Below, one piece after another: positions 21,062-30,371 of a DNA stretch of 56,401 nt. The first letter of the stretch is position 1; each line of letters opens with the position of its first letter. Under the pieces are notes generated by a model. It was not told the DNA's origin. It searched no databases and worked only from the letters and a program-made list of their open reading frames with translations. The stretch is from a virus, in the IMG/VR virus record IMGVR_UViG_3300005512_000043, positions 1 through 56,401 of that record; one strand, given 5' to 3'. Both the position numbers and the translations under genes were made by a program.

Positions 21062-23964
21062 TAGAAGTCCTCCTCGTCGGGATCACCGAGGTGCTTTGGT
21101 CTCACGATCTCCGGGTCACCCTGGGCCCGCTTGAGTAACTCAATGAACTCAGGCGTCTTTCGATACGATCGATCGTCGCGTACGAGCGCGTGCTTACGCA
21201 CGAAGAAACTCAGGAGCTCGAGCGCCTCACCCCGCTCCCAGCCGCACCAATCGCATAGGTCTCTGAGGTCGATCTCTGTCGCGTGCAGCATGTGAGCCAC
21301 GAAGTCCTGCGGGAACGGCAGAGCCGCGAGCTTCGATCTCAGTTTGTCGGGATCGAGCAGCGTGCGGGCGCTCCTGTAAGCGTCGCTAAACGCGAGATAG
21401 CCGCAGGTGGCGTTGCCGTACGCACGCTCGAGAAACTGAACGATATACTCGACGTGACACGGACGCACGACGATTACCCGGCGCGTCGGACCACACGAAA
21501 ACGTACGAGCCGCGAGCGCGGCCGACAGCCGAGCGAGCTTGTGTCGCATCGAGCCTCGATCGACGATCGGGATCGTCTCGTTATAGCGCTCGCAGAGTCG
21601 TGAGGCGGCCGACAGCGTCGCTTCCGTCGCCGCTTCTGTGAACTCTATCTCTTCTGTCTTGCGTGACCACGCCCACAGCACGCATCGCCGACAGAGCTTG
21701 CTCGTGAACGTTCGCTTTATCTTCGGGCGCATTCGCGTCAGCTTATTGAGCTCAGACGCCGATATGTCTCCCGCCGCTACGACGAGGCACGCGTCAAAAC
21801 GCCGCACGTCCTCCGGTGATCCGATGAGCTCTCGCACTGCATCGACGCCATAATTGTACGACGCGAGCGGCTGGTTGCTTCGAGGATTCGAGAGAGCTAC
21901 GAGGCGAGTGCGTGCTGTCGTGCGGCGCTTCTCAATCTTATCGAGCTCAGCGATGCCGGAGCTGCGCATGTCAGTGAGCTTGCTGATAGTCTCGTGGTTC
22001 GCGCCCTTGAGTTCCTCGAGGATCACCAGGCGTCGATCATTGAGCGGTATCTTTCCCCATGTCACGAACCACCGTCCGCCGAGCTGCTGTAAGCCGCCGA
22101 GTAGACCGGCTACACTGGCGTTCTTCGACTCCACCTTCTCACCTAGGCCGTAGTGTCGCTGGAGACCGATCGTAGTCTCAGACTTGCCCTGCGCTGAGTC
22201 ACCGACAATGAGCACTTCTGCCCAGCCCTTGACTGATCGATGATCGAAGTTCAAGATCAACGGCGAGTGGTATGCGAGATCGACGATGAGGTGCATGTCT
22301 CGTCGCTTGAAGATGCGCGTGACGTTGGCCTCTAGATCGTCGTAGATCGCATCGAGCTGGCGTGTCAGACCACCGAGCGTCCACTCTGTCGGCTGAAAAA
22401 GCGTGAGCTCCTCAAGCTCAGCGTCGGACGGCTCATAGAGACCGAGCGCGTCTCGCTCCGGCTGCCACTTAGACGCGAGGAACAAGGCGCGTTGTGACCG
22501 AGGATGCGGGTACACTCGCCCCTCGAAGCGATACAGCGTATTCCCCTCGATGCCATGCGATATAGCGAGCGTAGGAAGAAGACGCTCATCCACGCGATTC
22601 GCCTCAACGTCGAGGTCCGGAGCGAGACGCAGGTCCTCCACGTTATAGTGCGACTTGACAGTGAACTGAACGGTCTTACACGCGGGGATCTTGAGACCGT
22701 CCCGCAGAGCTTCCCGCTGCGCATCGAGACCCGCGTTCACCATCGAGACGATCGCCGGCGATTCGCACGGTACCTCGAGAGCAGTGAGGCCTGTCTTCTC
22801 ATCGGCTGGTGCCGCGAAGACTGGACAGAGTGCACAGAGCGGCTGATCGCGTTCACACTCGCAGTCCACGAGCTTGGGCACCAGGTAAGGATTGCTGTCG
22901 ATCGCAGTGACAAGGGCCGACACGCTAATTCGCTTCCCGGCGTGTTCTGCCTTGGTCACGTCGTTGATCTCTACGCTCGTGGCGGTCTCGTTGTCATCAA
23001 GAGTCTTGATCTTGAGTTCCCAAGGAGGCGCAGCCTCGATGAGACTCATGAGATCATCGCCCGTCGCACCAATCGCGGGGCCCAAGTAATCGTTGAGGTC
23101 TCCCGTGGGAAAATGCTCTGGATCGAGGGGCAGCTCAAGGATCGCGACGCGTTGAGCAACAGCCTTAAGCTGAGCCGCGAGCAACTCGGCCGCTCGGCGT
23201 CCCGGCTCGTCGACGTCCATGCATACCCAAATGCGCTTATCTGCGAACAGTGGCGTAAATGCAGATGACCACTTGCCTTCGCCGGCAGTCGCCGTGATAG
23301 CACCGACTTCGTGCGCGTTGAGAACGGAGGCCGCTACGATGGCCTTGATTTCCCCGCCGCACACCACGATGTCTTCATACTTGAGTTGATCGACGGGGTA
23401 GAGACGAATCTTCCCGCGACCTCGCATGTTGCGAACCTTGTCGCTCCCGGGAGCGCCGGGCATGTACTTGCGAACGTTGATGACTTGCCCCGACTCATTG
23501 TACACGGGGATCATCACGCGACCCGCGTTACACCCGAGTCGTCGTTCTCGCATAATCGCAGGTGTTACACCGCGTTTCTTGAGCTCTCGCAGCAGCGGCT
23601 TGGCCGTCTTAAGCGCGCCGTGCCATTGCTCGATCGTGCGTGACGAGACAGTTTTTTCAGCGCCCCCGAGTTCGTAGCGAGTAGAGAGATCAGCGAGAAC
23701 GGCAGACCTCGTCGTCTTGAGCACGACCGCGATGAACGAGACGATGTCACCGCTCCAGCCGCAGCTCGCGACGTGACAACCACCGACTCGCTTTTCAATG
23801 TTGAACGACAGTGAGGCGTGCTCGTCGCCATGGGTGGGTGAGGGGCAGCGACACTTGACCTCGTCATCGCCCACAAAAGCAAAGTCCCAGCCAAGCCGCT
23901 CGAGTTCAGCTGTCACGCTGATGTTTGAGAGTACTTCCGTGCGTCCCATGCACCCGCTCGCCAT
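21061..23964 (-). CDS. DNA primase (DnaG-type Zn finger plus TOPRIM) fused to an MCM-like AAA+ helicase (967 aa)
   Basis: The zinc finger is CRCPSPTHGDEHASLSFN...CHVASCGWSGD. TOPRIM is VVCGGEIKAIV...VCMDVDEPGRRAA. The AAA+ part reads LIVGDSAQGKSETT (Walker A), SVAGLLGG, RRLVILEELKG (Walker B), SSGIAELDKIEKRRTTARTRLVALSNP, RRFD, colinear with MCM motifs (GDPgtaKSq, savGLTA, IDEFDKM, isiaKAGi..L.aR.sVLAAaNP, SRFD). Confidence 0.8.
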   Translation of the reverse strand: MASGCMGRTEVLSNISVTAELERLGWDFAFVGDDEVKCRCPSPTHGDEHASLSFNIEKRVGGCHVASCGWSGDIVSFIAVVLKTTRSAVLADLSTRYELGGAEKTVSSRTIEQWHGALKTAKPLLRELKKRGVTPAIMRERRLGCNAGRVMIPVYNESGQVINVRKYMPGAPGSDKVRNMRGRGKIRLYPVDQLKYEDIVVCGGEIKAIVAASVLNAHEVGAITATAGEGKWSSAFTPLFADKRIWVCMDVDEPGRRAAELLAAQLKAVAQRVAILELPLDPEHFPTGDLNDYLGPAIGATGDDLMSLIEAAPPWELKIKTLDDNETATSVEINDVTKAEHAGKRISVSALVTAIDSNPYLVPKLVDCECERDQPLCALCPVFAAPADEKTGLTALEVPCESPAIVSMVNAGLDAQREALRDGLKIPACKTVQFTVKSHYNVEDLRLAPDLDVEANRVDERLLPTLAISHGIEGNTLYRFEGRVYPHPRSQRALFLASKWQPERDALGLYEPSDAELEELTLFQPTEWTLGGLTRQLDAIYDDLEANVTRIFKRRDMHLIVDLAYHSPLILNFDHRSVKGWAEVLIVGDSAQGKSETTIGLQRHYGLGEKVESKNASVAGLLGGLQQLGGRWFVTWGKIPLNDRRLVILEELKGANHETISKLTDMRSSGIAELDKIEKRRTTARTRLVALSNPRSNQPLASYNYGVDAVRELIGSPEDVRRFDACLVVAAGDISASELNKLTRMRPKIKRTFTSKLCRRCVLWAWSRKTEEIEFTEAATEATLSAASRLCERYNETIPIVDRGSMRHKLARLSAALAARTFSCGPTRRVIVVRPCHVEYIVQFLERAYGNATCGYLAFSDAYRSARTLLDPDKLRSKLAALPFPQDFVAHMLHATEIDLRDLCDWCGWERGEALELLSFFVRKHALVRDDRSYRKTPEFIELLKRAQGDPEIVRPKHLGDPDEEDF

Positions 23965-24008
23965 AAGATAAGAGCGACTCGCCCCTTTCGGTTTGAGTCG
24001 CCGCGTGT

Positions 24009-24839
24009 TCAGAACTCACCGGACTCCGGTGTCTCGGCCTCGTCCTCGGGCGTTTCGTCGGCGTCACCGTGAGCGACGCGAATACGACCGTCCTGGAAGA
24101 CCTTCGAGACCTCATCGAACTGCTCCTTGAGTGCCTCAAACTCTTCCTCTCCCACCCAAGGTGTGACACCCTCGACCGTCGGGTTCGTGACGTCGAGCCC
24201 GAACCACGAGCCCTTGTTGTTCTTCCTCGGCTCGGTGCCGACCTGCGCCTGGAACACGCAGGCGTAGATCGGGGCCTTGCGAGCCTTGATGAGACTCGCG
24301 AGGCGAGTACCGCTGCGGTGCTCACCGCGAGCGAACGACATGATCATCGGCTCACCAGCGAGTGGGTGGTTGTAGAGCGTGACCATGAAGTTCAAGTGCT
24401 GAACGTGCCGCACCTGGATCATTCGTCCCTCGTATTCTACATCCTCGTAGCGAGTGTCGGGGTTCGCGGACTTCACCGCGATTACGCCGTTGCGATCGTG
24501 ACTCCGACCGATGATTGCCGGCACCTGCCCGCGGAGCTCCTGCGGAGTCCACGTGCACCACTCCGGGAAGAAGAAGATAGGGACAAACAAGAACGGGTTG
24601 GGCCCGTCCTCGTGCGGCGCGATGAGCGACCGCGTGGGGAGAACGATGACGTCGCCGGCCTCGAAAGTCGACGTGATGTCATCGCTCGACTGCTTCTGAA
24701 CCACCTTCAGTATCGGCGGTTCAACGAACTGCGCCAGATCCTCGAGGCCTTGAACCTCTTGGCCGCCGAGGAAGTCCGGCAGTTTCATCTCAGGTTGCAC
24801 GTGCACGATGTCCGTGCTCGCGTCTTTCTTCTTTGCCAT
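24009..24839 (-). CDS. Hypothetical protein, possible ssDNA-binding protein with an acidic tail ending in Phe (276 aa)
   Basis: The C-terminus HGDADETPEDEAETPESGEF resembles the acidic, aromatic-terminated tails of phage SSBs such as T7 gp2.5. It lies between the helicase genes, with AGGAGA SD upstream. The fold is not verifiable by eye. Confidence 0.35.
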   Translation of the reverse strand: MAKKKDASTDIVHVQPEMKLPDFLGGQEVQGLEDLAQFVEPPILKVVQKQSSDDITSTFEAGDVIVLPTRSLIAPHEDGPNPFLFVPIFFFPEWCTWTPQELRGQVPAIIGRSHDRNGVIAVKSANPDTRYEDVEYEGRMIQVRHVQHLNFMVTLYNHPLAGEPMIMSFARGEHRSGTRLASLIKARKAPIYACVFQAQVGTEPRKNNKGSWFGLDVTNPTVEGVTPWVGEEEFEALKEQFDEVSKVFQDGRIRVAHGDADETPEDEAETPESGEF

Positions 24840-24889
24840 CTTTGAGTTCTCCTGTCTAACAGTTGTGCATTGGTACTACACGAGGTGTA

Positions 24890-25477
24890 CTATTGAGCGC
24901 CTCCTTTCTCTTGCTCGAGCACGTCCAGCGGATCGTGGTGCTCGCGAAGGGTCATCTTATAGACCGGATAGGTCTGAGCCGGGTCGATGCCCGCCAGTGG
25001 CGGGTGACCCTCGGCCGCTCGCATGGTCAGATACTCCACGAGCGAAGGCCAGTGCGGTCGCAGGACTCCGGCCTCGAGCATGTCATCGCGCACACCGAGG
25101 GCCGCCATCAACTGCGCGAATTGTTCGGGGTTCCTCTTGCGAGAGGGTAGCGACGCGCCTTCCTTGATGTCGGGCGTACCCGTCGCGATGCGGCCCTTTA
25201 CGTTGTTTTTGGGATCAACAGCGTTGATGTTCTCTTGCACATACACAGCGTCAGCGACGCGGATCAGAGTATCCTTTGAGGCCTCGGCTTCTTTTCGCTG
25301 GTCGTCCAGGGCTTCCGCGAGTCGCTTGAGCACATAGGCCGCGTCCACTCTTTCACCTTGCGACAGAGCGCCGACGACGTCCTTCTCGCGTATGCGAGTG
25401 ATCAGCTCGTAGGTTCGCTGGTATGATCGCTTCTGTTCCGCGAGGAGTTCGATGAGTTCGATGAGGGCAGCGTGCAC
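24890..25477 (-). CDS. Hypothetical protein (195 aa)
   Basis: GTG start at 25477 is preceded by GAAAGGA at an 8-nt spacing. The track start at 25531 has no RBS and overlaps the upstream gene further. Confidence 0.55.
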   Translation of the reverse strand: MHAALIELIELLAEQKRSYQRTYELITRIREKDVVGALSQGERVDAAYVLKRLAEALDDQRKEAEASKDTLIRVADAVYVQENINAVDPKNNVKGRIATGTPDIKEGASLPSRKRNPEQFAQLMAALGVRDDMLEAGVLRPHWPSLVEYLTMRAAEGHPPLAGIDPAQTYPVYKMTLREHHDPLDVLEQEKGGAQ

Positions 25478-25809
25478 GGTTCTCGTCCTTTCAGTTGCAT
25501 CTCGACGTATTCGCACGTCTGGGCATTCCAAGCGAGTACTCGTAGATCATCAGGCTGAATATACCGCATCGCCGCGACGAGACCCAGAGCCAGTGTTAGC
25601 GCTGAGCCCGTCAATACGAAGAAATCTTCTCGTGGATTAAACTGATGGCGATCGAGCGCTGCCACCACGGCTGCGACGTAGCCTTCGGCATTAAAGACGC
25701 TAGGTCTACGCGTGTCTTCCTCAAACAACACGTCAGCCGTGCCGAACACGTCGAGACCAGACAAGTCGAGATCACGACGTGGACGTTCTATGAGAAACGC
25801 TCGGACCAT
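25402..25809 (-). CDS. Hypothetical protein (135 aa)
   Basis: ATG at 25809 shares one base with the SNF2 gene stop (TGATG). Confidence 0.55.
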   Translation of the reverse strand: MVRAFLIERPRRDLDLSGLDVFGTADVLFEEDTRRPSVFNAEGYVAAVVAALDRHQFNPREDFFVLTGSALTLALGLVAAMRYIQPDDLRVLAWNAQTCEYVEMQLKGREPCTLPSSNSSNSSRNRSDHTSEPTS

Positions 25810-27809
25810 CAGTCTTCCTCTAGGTCAGTGTCCACGAGGCGCTGCAGGATGTTGCGAATATCCTGCACCGACGCGGCGGCGTCCTGCTTACTCAAGACGC
25901 GCTTTCTGATCTCTACGTCTATGGTCCCGGGCACCACGAGATCGTTATAGTGCACCGGAACACGGCAGCGGCCCTTTCCGTGGTTGCGTCCCTCGGCCTG
26001 CGAGCGCTTGATCATCGACCAGTCACAGGCATAGAACACGGTCTGTGACGCGTTGCATCCGTGGTCCTCGGACGTGCCTTCTCGGTCCGGCACGTACCCC
26101 GGGAGATTAAGGCCCTGCCCGCCGGCAGCTGGGTTACCCACGAAGACTTTTACGTCGGGGTCTTCGTTGAAGCGGCGAACGTGCTCATCGCGGTCTGTGT
26201 CCTTCGTCTTGCCGTAGTACGCGACGCACTCGACGCCCTCGTCGCGAAAACGCTGTTCGATCTGCTTGATCGCCGGCACCCAGCAGCACCAAACGATAAG
26301 CTTCTCCTCTACTGGAAGCTCTCGGCGGAACTGCACGAGCGCGTCGAGCTTCGGGTTAGCCTTGAAGTAATGGATGCGGTCCGAGCCGCCGTGCTCAAGA
26401 TCACCGTCCTCAGAGTACACGTTGTCTGACACGATGAAACCCGCGGTGATCTGCGAGAGCCGCAGCAGTTTCGTCAGGATGTTCGTCACGGTGAGACGAA
26501 TGTCCTTGCCCTGCTGCTCCGCTTCCTTGAGGTCGGCCTCGATCTCAACCGCGAGCTCGTGTCGTACCTTCTCGTAGTACTCAGCCTGTCGCGGACCCAT
26601 CGAGACTTCCCGTAGGCCCCAAGTTTGCTTCGGTAGGTCGGGCAGCACCTCCTTCTTGCTCGCTATGAAAGCGAGGCGCGCGAGACGCTCCTGCAAGATC
26701 GGTAGATTCTGGTAGCCGATTGAGACACGCCGACCGTGCTCATCGCGCTTTGACCATCTGTTGTAATACTCGCGAAACGTCTTGTCTGTTGAAAACCCGG
26801 ACAGGCCCTGTCCGAGGAACTCAAGTTGCGAATAGAGATCAAGAACGTTGTTCGCGACCGGAGTTCCGGTGAGAATCATTCGCGCTTTCGAGTGATCCCT
26901 GAGCTTCATCAGCGCAGCCGTGCGCTTCGCTCGTGGTGACTTGATGTAATGTGACTCGTCGGCCACCGCTAGGTCCCACTCGATCATTCGCATCGCGTTC
27001 CACGAGCGCTTGACTGTTTCATAGGAGCAGATGACAACGGCCCACTTCGCGCCGTTACTCGGTTCCATCACTTCGATCAGCAGCTTGATCCGGTGCAACG
27101 CACTGCCACGCAGCACGACGCACTGACCAGGTACTGTCGCGAAACGCTCGAGTTCGGCTGCCCAGTTAGACCGCACGTTCTTAGGGCACACGACTACTGC
27201 AGTGTAGAGCTGCGGGCCTTTCTTCAACGCTGCCTCGTGCATGATGCGCTGAATGACAATCGGAGTCTTGCCCGTACCTTGCTCCATAAAGAGGGCCGAG
27301 CCTTCGGCGCCGATGGCTGTAACGCAAGCCGTGTCCTGATATGGCGCCAGTGGGAGGGCTGGGTGAGTCGCGTATGACTCCGGCGTCTCCGGCACGACTC
27401 CGTTGATCTTAAAGTCGGCCTTCTGTTGGGCGAGAAGAGACTGTTGCAGAAAACGCAGCAGCAGGTACTCATACGTGAGCCGAGCGTCGGGCGTGAACGT
27501 CACGCGATCCGCAGGCCATAGCGCGTGGATCATGAGTGCCGCAAAGTCGGTGCACTTGAGTGTCCACCGCCCGTTGCCGGTCTCACGCCGCTCGGGGATA
27601 CGCTGTACCCAGCGTCGCTGAGCGTTCCAACTCGCGGGCCACCTGTTGCCCTGTTCAGTGAGCGCGTATGCGGTGACGTCGAACGCCTTGCCGTCCGCGG
27701 TAAGCGACACGTCGAGACGATCGTTGGGCTGAAACGCTACGGGCTCCAGCAACTTCTTCGTCTCGGGGCACAGCGGCTCAATGTCTGTGTCGATAAGAGC
27801 CTGAGACAT
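25809..27809 (-). CDS. SNF2-family DNA/RNA helicase (666 aa)
   Basis: Motifs are LFMEQGTGKTPIV (I), VADESHYIKS (II, DExH), LTGTPVANN (III) and the C-terminal helicase lobe GGQGLNL. Start moved to the ATG at 27809, with GAAAGGA upstream. Confidence 0.88.
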   Translation of the reverse strand: MSQALIDTDIEPLCPETKKLLEPVAFQPNDRLDVSLTADGKAFDVTAYALTEQGNRWPASWNAQRRWVQRIPERRETGNGRWTLKCTDFAALMIHALWPADRVTFTPDARLTYEYLLLRFLQQSLLAQQKADFKINGVVPETPESYATHPALPLAPYQDTACVTAIGAEGSALFMEQGTGKTPIVIQRIMHEAALKKGPQLYTAVVVCPKNVRSNWAAELERFATVPGQCVVLRGSALHRIKLLIEVMEPSNGAKWAVVICSYETVKRSWNAMRMIEWDLAVADESHYIKSPRAKRTAALMKLRDHSKARMILTGTPVANNVLDLYSQLEFLGQGLSGFSTDKTFREYYNRWSKRDEHGRRVSIGYQNLPILQERLARLAFIASKKEVLPDLPKQTWGLREVSMGPRQAEYYEKVRHELAVEIEADLKEAEQQGKDIRLTVTNILTKLLRLSQITAGFIVSDNVYSEDGDLEHGGSDRIHYFKANPKLDALVQFRRELPVEEKLIVWCCWVPAIKQIEQRFRDEGVECVAYYGKTKDTDRDEHVRRFNEDPDVKVFVGNPAAGGQGLNLPGYVPDREGTSEDHGCNASQTVFYACDWSMIKRSQAEGRNHGKGRCRVPVHYNDLVVPGTIDVEIRKRVLSKQDAAASVQDIRNILQRLVDTDLEED

Positions 27810-27837
27810 GGTTCTGTTGTCCTTTCGTGTAAGCACT

Positions 27838-27866
27838 ATTATACCAAAGTTTGAGTTACTTGTCCA
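27838..27866 (-). promoter_or_regulatory. Near-consensus sigma70 promoter upstream of the SNF2 gene
   Basis: Minus strand reads TGGACA (27866-27861), a 17-nt spacer, then TATAAT (27843-27838) preceded by TGG. It shares the core TTGGTATAATAGT with the promoter at 13115-13143. Confidence 0.65.
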
Positions 27867-28161
27867 CCCGTACAACTTCTCCGTTATCGCGCACGAGCAT
27901 CGTTCGCGCTTCAATCGGTGGTGTAAACGACTCACCAGCCACGACGGCTACGTCGTATTTCGCTTTTGCGTCGAGTCTGAAGTGAATACGCGTAAAGCCC
28001 GCGCTTTTCGCCAAGTCAATGAGTTCCACGCAGCTTGGTCCGTCTACTAATGCCGTATGCGCACCGAGTTGACGCTCGCGAGCAGCGAGATACTCTATCA
28101 TATCCCACTGCGCGCAAGTGAGCCCGTGCTCAGGTCGAGTGTCGTGTAGTAGCAGCTTCAT
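27856..28161 (-). CDS. Hypothetical protein (101 aa)
   Basis: ORF track. ATGA overlap with the upstream gene. Confidence 0.6.
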   Translation of the reverse strand: MKLLLHDTRPEHGLTCAQWDMIEYLAARERQLGAHTALVDGPSCVELIDLAKSAGFTRIHFRLDAKAKYDVAVVAGESFTPPIEARTMLVRDNGEVVRVDK

Positions 28162-28835
28162 ACCTTTTTCCTTTCTGCGAGAACACGCTCGATGTCCTCG
28201 TCGATAGTAGCGAACTTCGATTCCTCGTACGCAGCTTCGTCGTGCGGCAGGCCGTAGTGCTTCGCACAGACCGGCCCGTAGCCGAGCTCCACGCTGACGT
28301 GGTTCTCAAGCTCTCTCCCGCAAAAGCAGCAGTGGTTGAGCCGACGACCATAGAGTCGACAGGTGTTCACCGGGTCGGAGGCCAGAAGCTTGAGCTTGTC
28401 GAGCAGTGACTCGTCGCGAATATGCACCTCACCGCTGCGCAGAACTCGGCCCATCCACGAGCGATCCTCGGTTCGCACCGCGTTGATCGCGCCCGGAAAC
28501 CTCGAGCGCTCGCCGGCGAGCGTGAGCTTAACGACTGAGTCTCCGAGCTGCACGCGAATCGCGGGGTGCTTGATGCCGCACCGCCGAGCCTCGTCGAGCA
28601 TCTTAAATACTCGTCGCAGGTCGGCCGTGACCGCGTCCTTCTTGTCGAAGCCGTTCGCGAACCAGTGCAGCCACGGCTCTTGCTTGGGGCTCAAGCGCTC
28701 GGCGCTCGCGAGCTTGTCTACGAACTCACCGCGAACGAGGTCGCCGGTGCTGATCCTGCCGCGCATGACCTCTTGTGCCATCTCGAACGAAAGATCAGAC
28801 TCGAACGTCTTCCCTTTAAGCTCGAAAGTTCTCAT
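28158..28835 (-). CDS. Hypothetical protein with a DUF6011-like zinc ribbon (225 aa)
   Basis: CCFCGRELENHVSVELGYGPVCAKHYGL matches the CxxCGR-L-x-S-x3-GxGPxC pattern of DUF6011-type phage proteins. Confidence 0.6.
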   Translation of the reverse strand: MRTFELKGKTFESDLSFEMAQEVMRGRISTGDLVRGEFVDKLASAERLSPKQEPWLHWFANGFDKKDAVTADLRRVFKMLDEARRCGIKHPAIRVQLGDSVVKLTLAGERSRFPGAINAVRTEDRSWMGRVLRSGEVHIRDESLLDKLKLLASDPVNTCRLYGRRLNHCCFCGRELENHVSVELGYGPVCAKHYGLPHDEAAYEESKFATIDEDIERVLAERKKV

Positions 28836-29125
28836 AGCATTTCTCCTTTCGTAGTCGCCGCAAACTTATGGATCGTGCGACGAAAGCTAGTAACCTTTTC
28901 ACGGTCGGCCTCGTTCGGATGCACGTCCTCGATGACGCAGTATGCCTGTACGGCCGCCATGGCTCTCGCAGCGGCGCCGTCGATGCCCGGGTCCTCAGGC
29001 CACTCCCACTCCCATGTCGCCCACAGGCCATCGGGCATCTCCATGGTAATGGAGAACTTGGCTCTGTGAAAGAACATGTGAAAGAGACCTCGATTACCTT
29101 TCACGCCTATCGTGTGGAGTTGCAT
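28832..29125 (-). CDS. Hypothetical protein (97 aa)
   Basis: Start moved to the ATG at 29125 (MQLHTIGVKGN...). The upstream part overlaps the preceding gene. Confidence 0.5.
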   Translation of the reverse strand: MQLHTIGVKGNRGLFHMFFHRAKFSITMEMPDGLWATWEWEWPEDPGIDGAAARAMAAVQAYCVIEDVHPNEADREKVTSFRRTIHKFAATTKGEML

Positions 29126-29547
29126 CGCGTCGGCCTCCCTTCTTGGCGAATGCTGCCATCTCGAAAGACAATGATGATGTGTGTCAGCGTACGTCTCGCC
29201 ATCCGAACGGTCGCCCACGTGCCAGATCGCCGTGTTTCTTCGTAGCCCCTGGGGGTTGCGATCAGCAAGTCCGTCTCCAACGCGATGTCTTTGTTGCGAA
29301 CGAGATATTGCTTTGGCTGTCGAATGATATCGCCATCACACCGAGCGCGTAACTTGCTGTCAGTCGGTGGGTGTAAGACTACGGCGAGCCCATGTGAGCG
29401 GGCTAACGCATGGAACTCAGCATCAGCTCCGATGCAATCACCGTGGTGAACGCCCACGATGTCCTGCAAGCCACAAAGAAGTCGATCTACGGTGTCCCGC
29501 TGCGCCTGCGTCATGCCGGCGCGAGTTCCCGTGAATCCTATCTTCAT
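29107..29547 (-). CDS. SLOG/DprA-like Rossmann-fold protein (DUF2493-like, 146 aa)
   Basis: MKIGFTGTRAGMTQAQRDTVDRLL...VGVHHGDCIGADAEFHALA matches the GxTGtR...hGdc.GaD pattern of the YspA/DUF2493 SLOG group. Confidence 0.55.
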   Translation of the reverse strand: MKIGFTGTRAGMTQAQRDTVDRLLCGLQDIVGVHHGDCIGADAEFHALARSHGLAVVLHPPTDSKLRARCDGDIIRQPKQYLVRNKDIALETDLLIATPRGYEETRRSGTWATVRMARRTLTHIIIVFRDGSIRQEGRPTRCNSTR

Positions 29548-30371
29548 TGCTCTGTCCTTTCGAGTTGGGCGAGCACCACCTCGGTGGCACCCGCGAGCGT
29601 CCTAACGTCGGTGTCGATGAGCACGTCGTACCCACGTCGCATAGGCTCGGGTAACTTACGCACGCTACCGAGGCCTGGATTCGCGGGCTTGGGCACCACG
29701 CGATCGACCGCGGCGTGCGTAATGCGTCGAATGAACCCGACCTCGGCGCAGGCCTCGGCAACCGCCTCGATGTTCAGCGGCTCGTCGGGTTGCTTGACCA
29801 CGAGTTCCTGCACGAAGGATGAATTACCGTCCCAGAGTCGAGCCACCGACCAGAACGTCGTGATCTCAACCGCGACGCCCATCGAACCCAGAACGTCGGC
29901 GAGGACCACCGCGGCGGCTCCTCTATAGACCAGGTTCTCCGGTGACTCGAAGTGGATCGTGACTGAGTTAACCGCGATGCGCACGAGTGTCTTCTCGCGA
30001 AATACGCGAGTAAGGCCGCTCCAGCCCTGAGGATCACGCCGAAGCCAGGCCTCGGACTCTAGCTCATCGCCGTCCTCCAATCGCCGGCGCAGCTTGCGTC
30101 GCTTGCGCTCGGGCGGCTGGATCTGCCCCTCGATCCGCTCGCGCACCGCCTCGATGGCATCGCGTACTCGCGCGTTGCCGCGCTGCAGGTGCGACTCGAG
30201 GTCGCCGAGGGTCATGTAGTTGTAGAACTTGTTCGCGCGATCGTGCAAGTGGCGGCTTGCCTCGTGAGCCCCGTACGGTGTGTTCGCCTCGCCCTTGCAC
30301 GCGTACTCGAACAGCGCGCTGAGCGAGTCGAACGTCACCACGTCGATGTCGTTTGTTCTCGTGGGCTTCAT
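29544..30371 (-). CDS. Partner of the AAA+ ATPase, degenerate vWA/CobT-like (275 aa)
   Basis: ATGA-coupled to the AAA+ gene. The beta-alpha segment TLVRIAVNSVTIHFESPEN...AAAVVLADVLGSMGVAVEI looks vWA-like but lacks a clear DxSxS MIDAS motif. Confidence 0.4.
   Translation of the reverse strand: MKPTRTNDIDVVTFDSLSALFEYACKGEANTPYGAHEASRHLHDRANKFYNYMTLGDLESHLQRGNARVRDAIEAVRERIEGQIQPPERKRRKLRRRLEDGDELESEAWLRRDPQGWSGLTRVFREKTLVRIAVNSVTIHFESPENLVYRGAAAVVLADVLGSMGVAVEITTFWSVARLWDGNSSFVQELVVKQPDEPLNIEAVAEACAEVGFIRRITHAAVDRVVPKPANPGLGSVRKLPEPMRRGYDVLIDTDVRTLAGATEVVLAQLERTEQ

Noticed and set aside
23974-24001. A stem-loop (GCGACUC...GAGUCGC plus UCUUAUCUU) between the SSB-like gene and the primase gene, considered as a terminator
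   Set aside because: It has a 14-nt loop and an interrupted U tract that runs directly into the primase start codon. It is at best an attenuator or RNA-stability element and is not supported strongly enough to annotate.
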